A DNA stretch of 64,000 nucleotides from an uncultured Acidobacteriota bacterium (GTDB taxonomy: Bacteria; Acidobacteriota; UBA6911). Both the position numbers and the translations under genes were made by a program. The notes below the pieces were generated by a model. It did no database searches and was not told the DNA's origin. It saw only the letters and a program-made list of their open reading frames with translations. Where the stretch lies: assembly GCA_963809485.1 (NCBI GenBank), contig CAWEJX010000006.1, positions 64,001 through 128,000 of the forward strand, in the 5' to 3' direction. Every line of letters starts with the position of its first letter. Within the stretch, counting starts at the first letter, position 1. This document shows positions 62,937 to 64,000 of this stretch, piece after piece.

Positions 62937-63904
62937 AGATCCTGGGACGCGCCTCGCAGTTCCCCTGCAATTTCCATGGCAATTCGGCGTGCTTTCTCGA
63001 GTTCCTCCGGGGTGAAGGAGATCGCGCCCACGACCGGGTGCCCGCCGCCGCCATGGCGTTCGCACAATTTGGCAAGGTTGTGTGTGCGCGGATGAGGGCT
63101 CCAGGGATTCGATCCCACGGAAATCTTGGCACGATAGCTCGATAGGCTCACTCCCACGCAGTAGGTGGCTTGAGGGAACAGGTAATAGGGAATGAATTTG
63201 TTATAGCCTTCCAGGTCATAGCCGCTGACGTCGAAAAATATGGTCCCATCCGTGCAGTGTGCATGCCGGCGGATGATGTCGACAGACCGCAGGTGGCGTT
63301 CATAAAGCTTCTGGAAAGCCTCCCGCACCCAGGGTATCTCCATGATTTCGTATAGAGACCTCTGCTGGAACTCCGTTATGAGGTCGCAGATCCGTTCGCG
63401 ATCGTGCACGCCTTCTATGACCATCATGAGCTTCATGGCGGGTTCCGGAAGCTCCACGGCGGTCTGCGCGTTCTCAAACAGGGCGCCGTCGATGATGTCC
63501 GCCCACCGGATCAGTTCCTCAAGCCGGCCGGATTCGAAGCCAAAATGCTTCTGGAGCATCTCCACAATGAATTTGGTGCAGGAACGGTAATTCGGATCGT
63601 GGAATTTCCGACCGCTGCGGTCGGCCTTGAAATGAGCTTCGTCCTCCGGGCTGAGGAACGCGCTCTGGTGATGATCGAACCACCAGGTCAGGCGCGGGTT
63701 GCTGGAATATTTGAAATCCACGATGGCGTTTTCATCCCCGTCGAATTTCACGTCGAGGAAAAGCTGTCCAGCCCTGTGGGCCAGGCCCTCGTATTCAAAT
63801 TTGCAGTCCCTGCGGATCGCCTGCAGATAAAAATTGCCGAAAACCGCTGCGGAAGCAAGACCGTCGAAGCAGTTGTTGTGAAAATATATCTTCATTATCT
63901 CCAT
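62930..63904 (-). CDS. DHH-family phosphoesterase
   Basis: HNNCFDG, VDF, WFDHH, GGGGH. Confidence 0.85.
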   Translation of the reverse strand: MEIMKIYFHNNCFDGLASAAVFGNFYLQAIRRDCKFEYEGLAHRAGQLFLDVKFDGDENAIVDFKYSSNPRLTWWFDHHQSAFLSPEDEAHFKADRSGRKFHDPNYRSCTKFIVEMLQKHFGFESGRLEELIRWADIIDGALFENAQTAVELPEPAMKLMMVIEGVHDRERICDLITEFQQRSLYEIMEIPWVREAFQKLYERHLRSVDIIRRHAHCTDGTIFFDVSGYDLEGYNKFIPYYLFPQATYCVGVSLSSYRAKISVGSNPWSPHPRTHNLAKLCERHGGGGHPVVGAISFTPEELEKARRIAMEIAGELRGASQDLC

Positions 63905-64000
63905 AAAGTCTTAACGATCTCATCCGGGATGGTCTTTACGCAACCGGGGAGCCCAAAGAATGCTACACACTACCATACTGATTTCCATATTTCAAATTCC

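Overview
GC-rich bacterial chromosome segment; gene order and content suggest an anaerobic Acidobacteriota-like organism (inference). 0.1-23.5 kb is mostly minus-strand housekeeping: xth, alr, dnaB-rplI-rpsR-rpsF, pth-rplY-prs-tRNA-Gln-ispE-TPR, comEA, rimP-nusA-infB-DUF503-rbfA-truB and a GldAFG-type ABC/DUF4340 system. 24.5-39.5 kb holds an atypical RpoD paralogue, HU, a glycogen cluster (GH57, glgP, galT-like, glgA), a serine hydrolase, glycerate kinase, nth and YtxH. 39.9-57.8 kb is an accessory redox/one-carbon island. It has two sets of xanthine-dehydrogenase-family molybdenum hydroxylase subunits (one small subunit with a Tat motif, one with a C2H2 zinc finger), a U32 Fe-S protein, an FkbM methyltransferase, a NuoF plus NuoG(N)-NuoE module, a porin and a three-gene corrinoid methyltransferase module. 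tatA, ftcD, hutI, AmmeMemo-B and a DHH protein follow. Intergenic regions carry at least five co-oriented, gene-less, highly structured IS200/IS605-end elements, a TIR/TSD MITE enclosing REP-like palindromes, and heptamer-repeat hairpins at stop/start junctions. Two stretches (5.0-7.4 kb, 45.1-49.0 kb) are full of indels, most likely assembly errors. All calls come from reading motifs by eye; no database searches were run.
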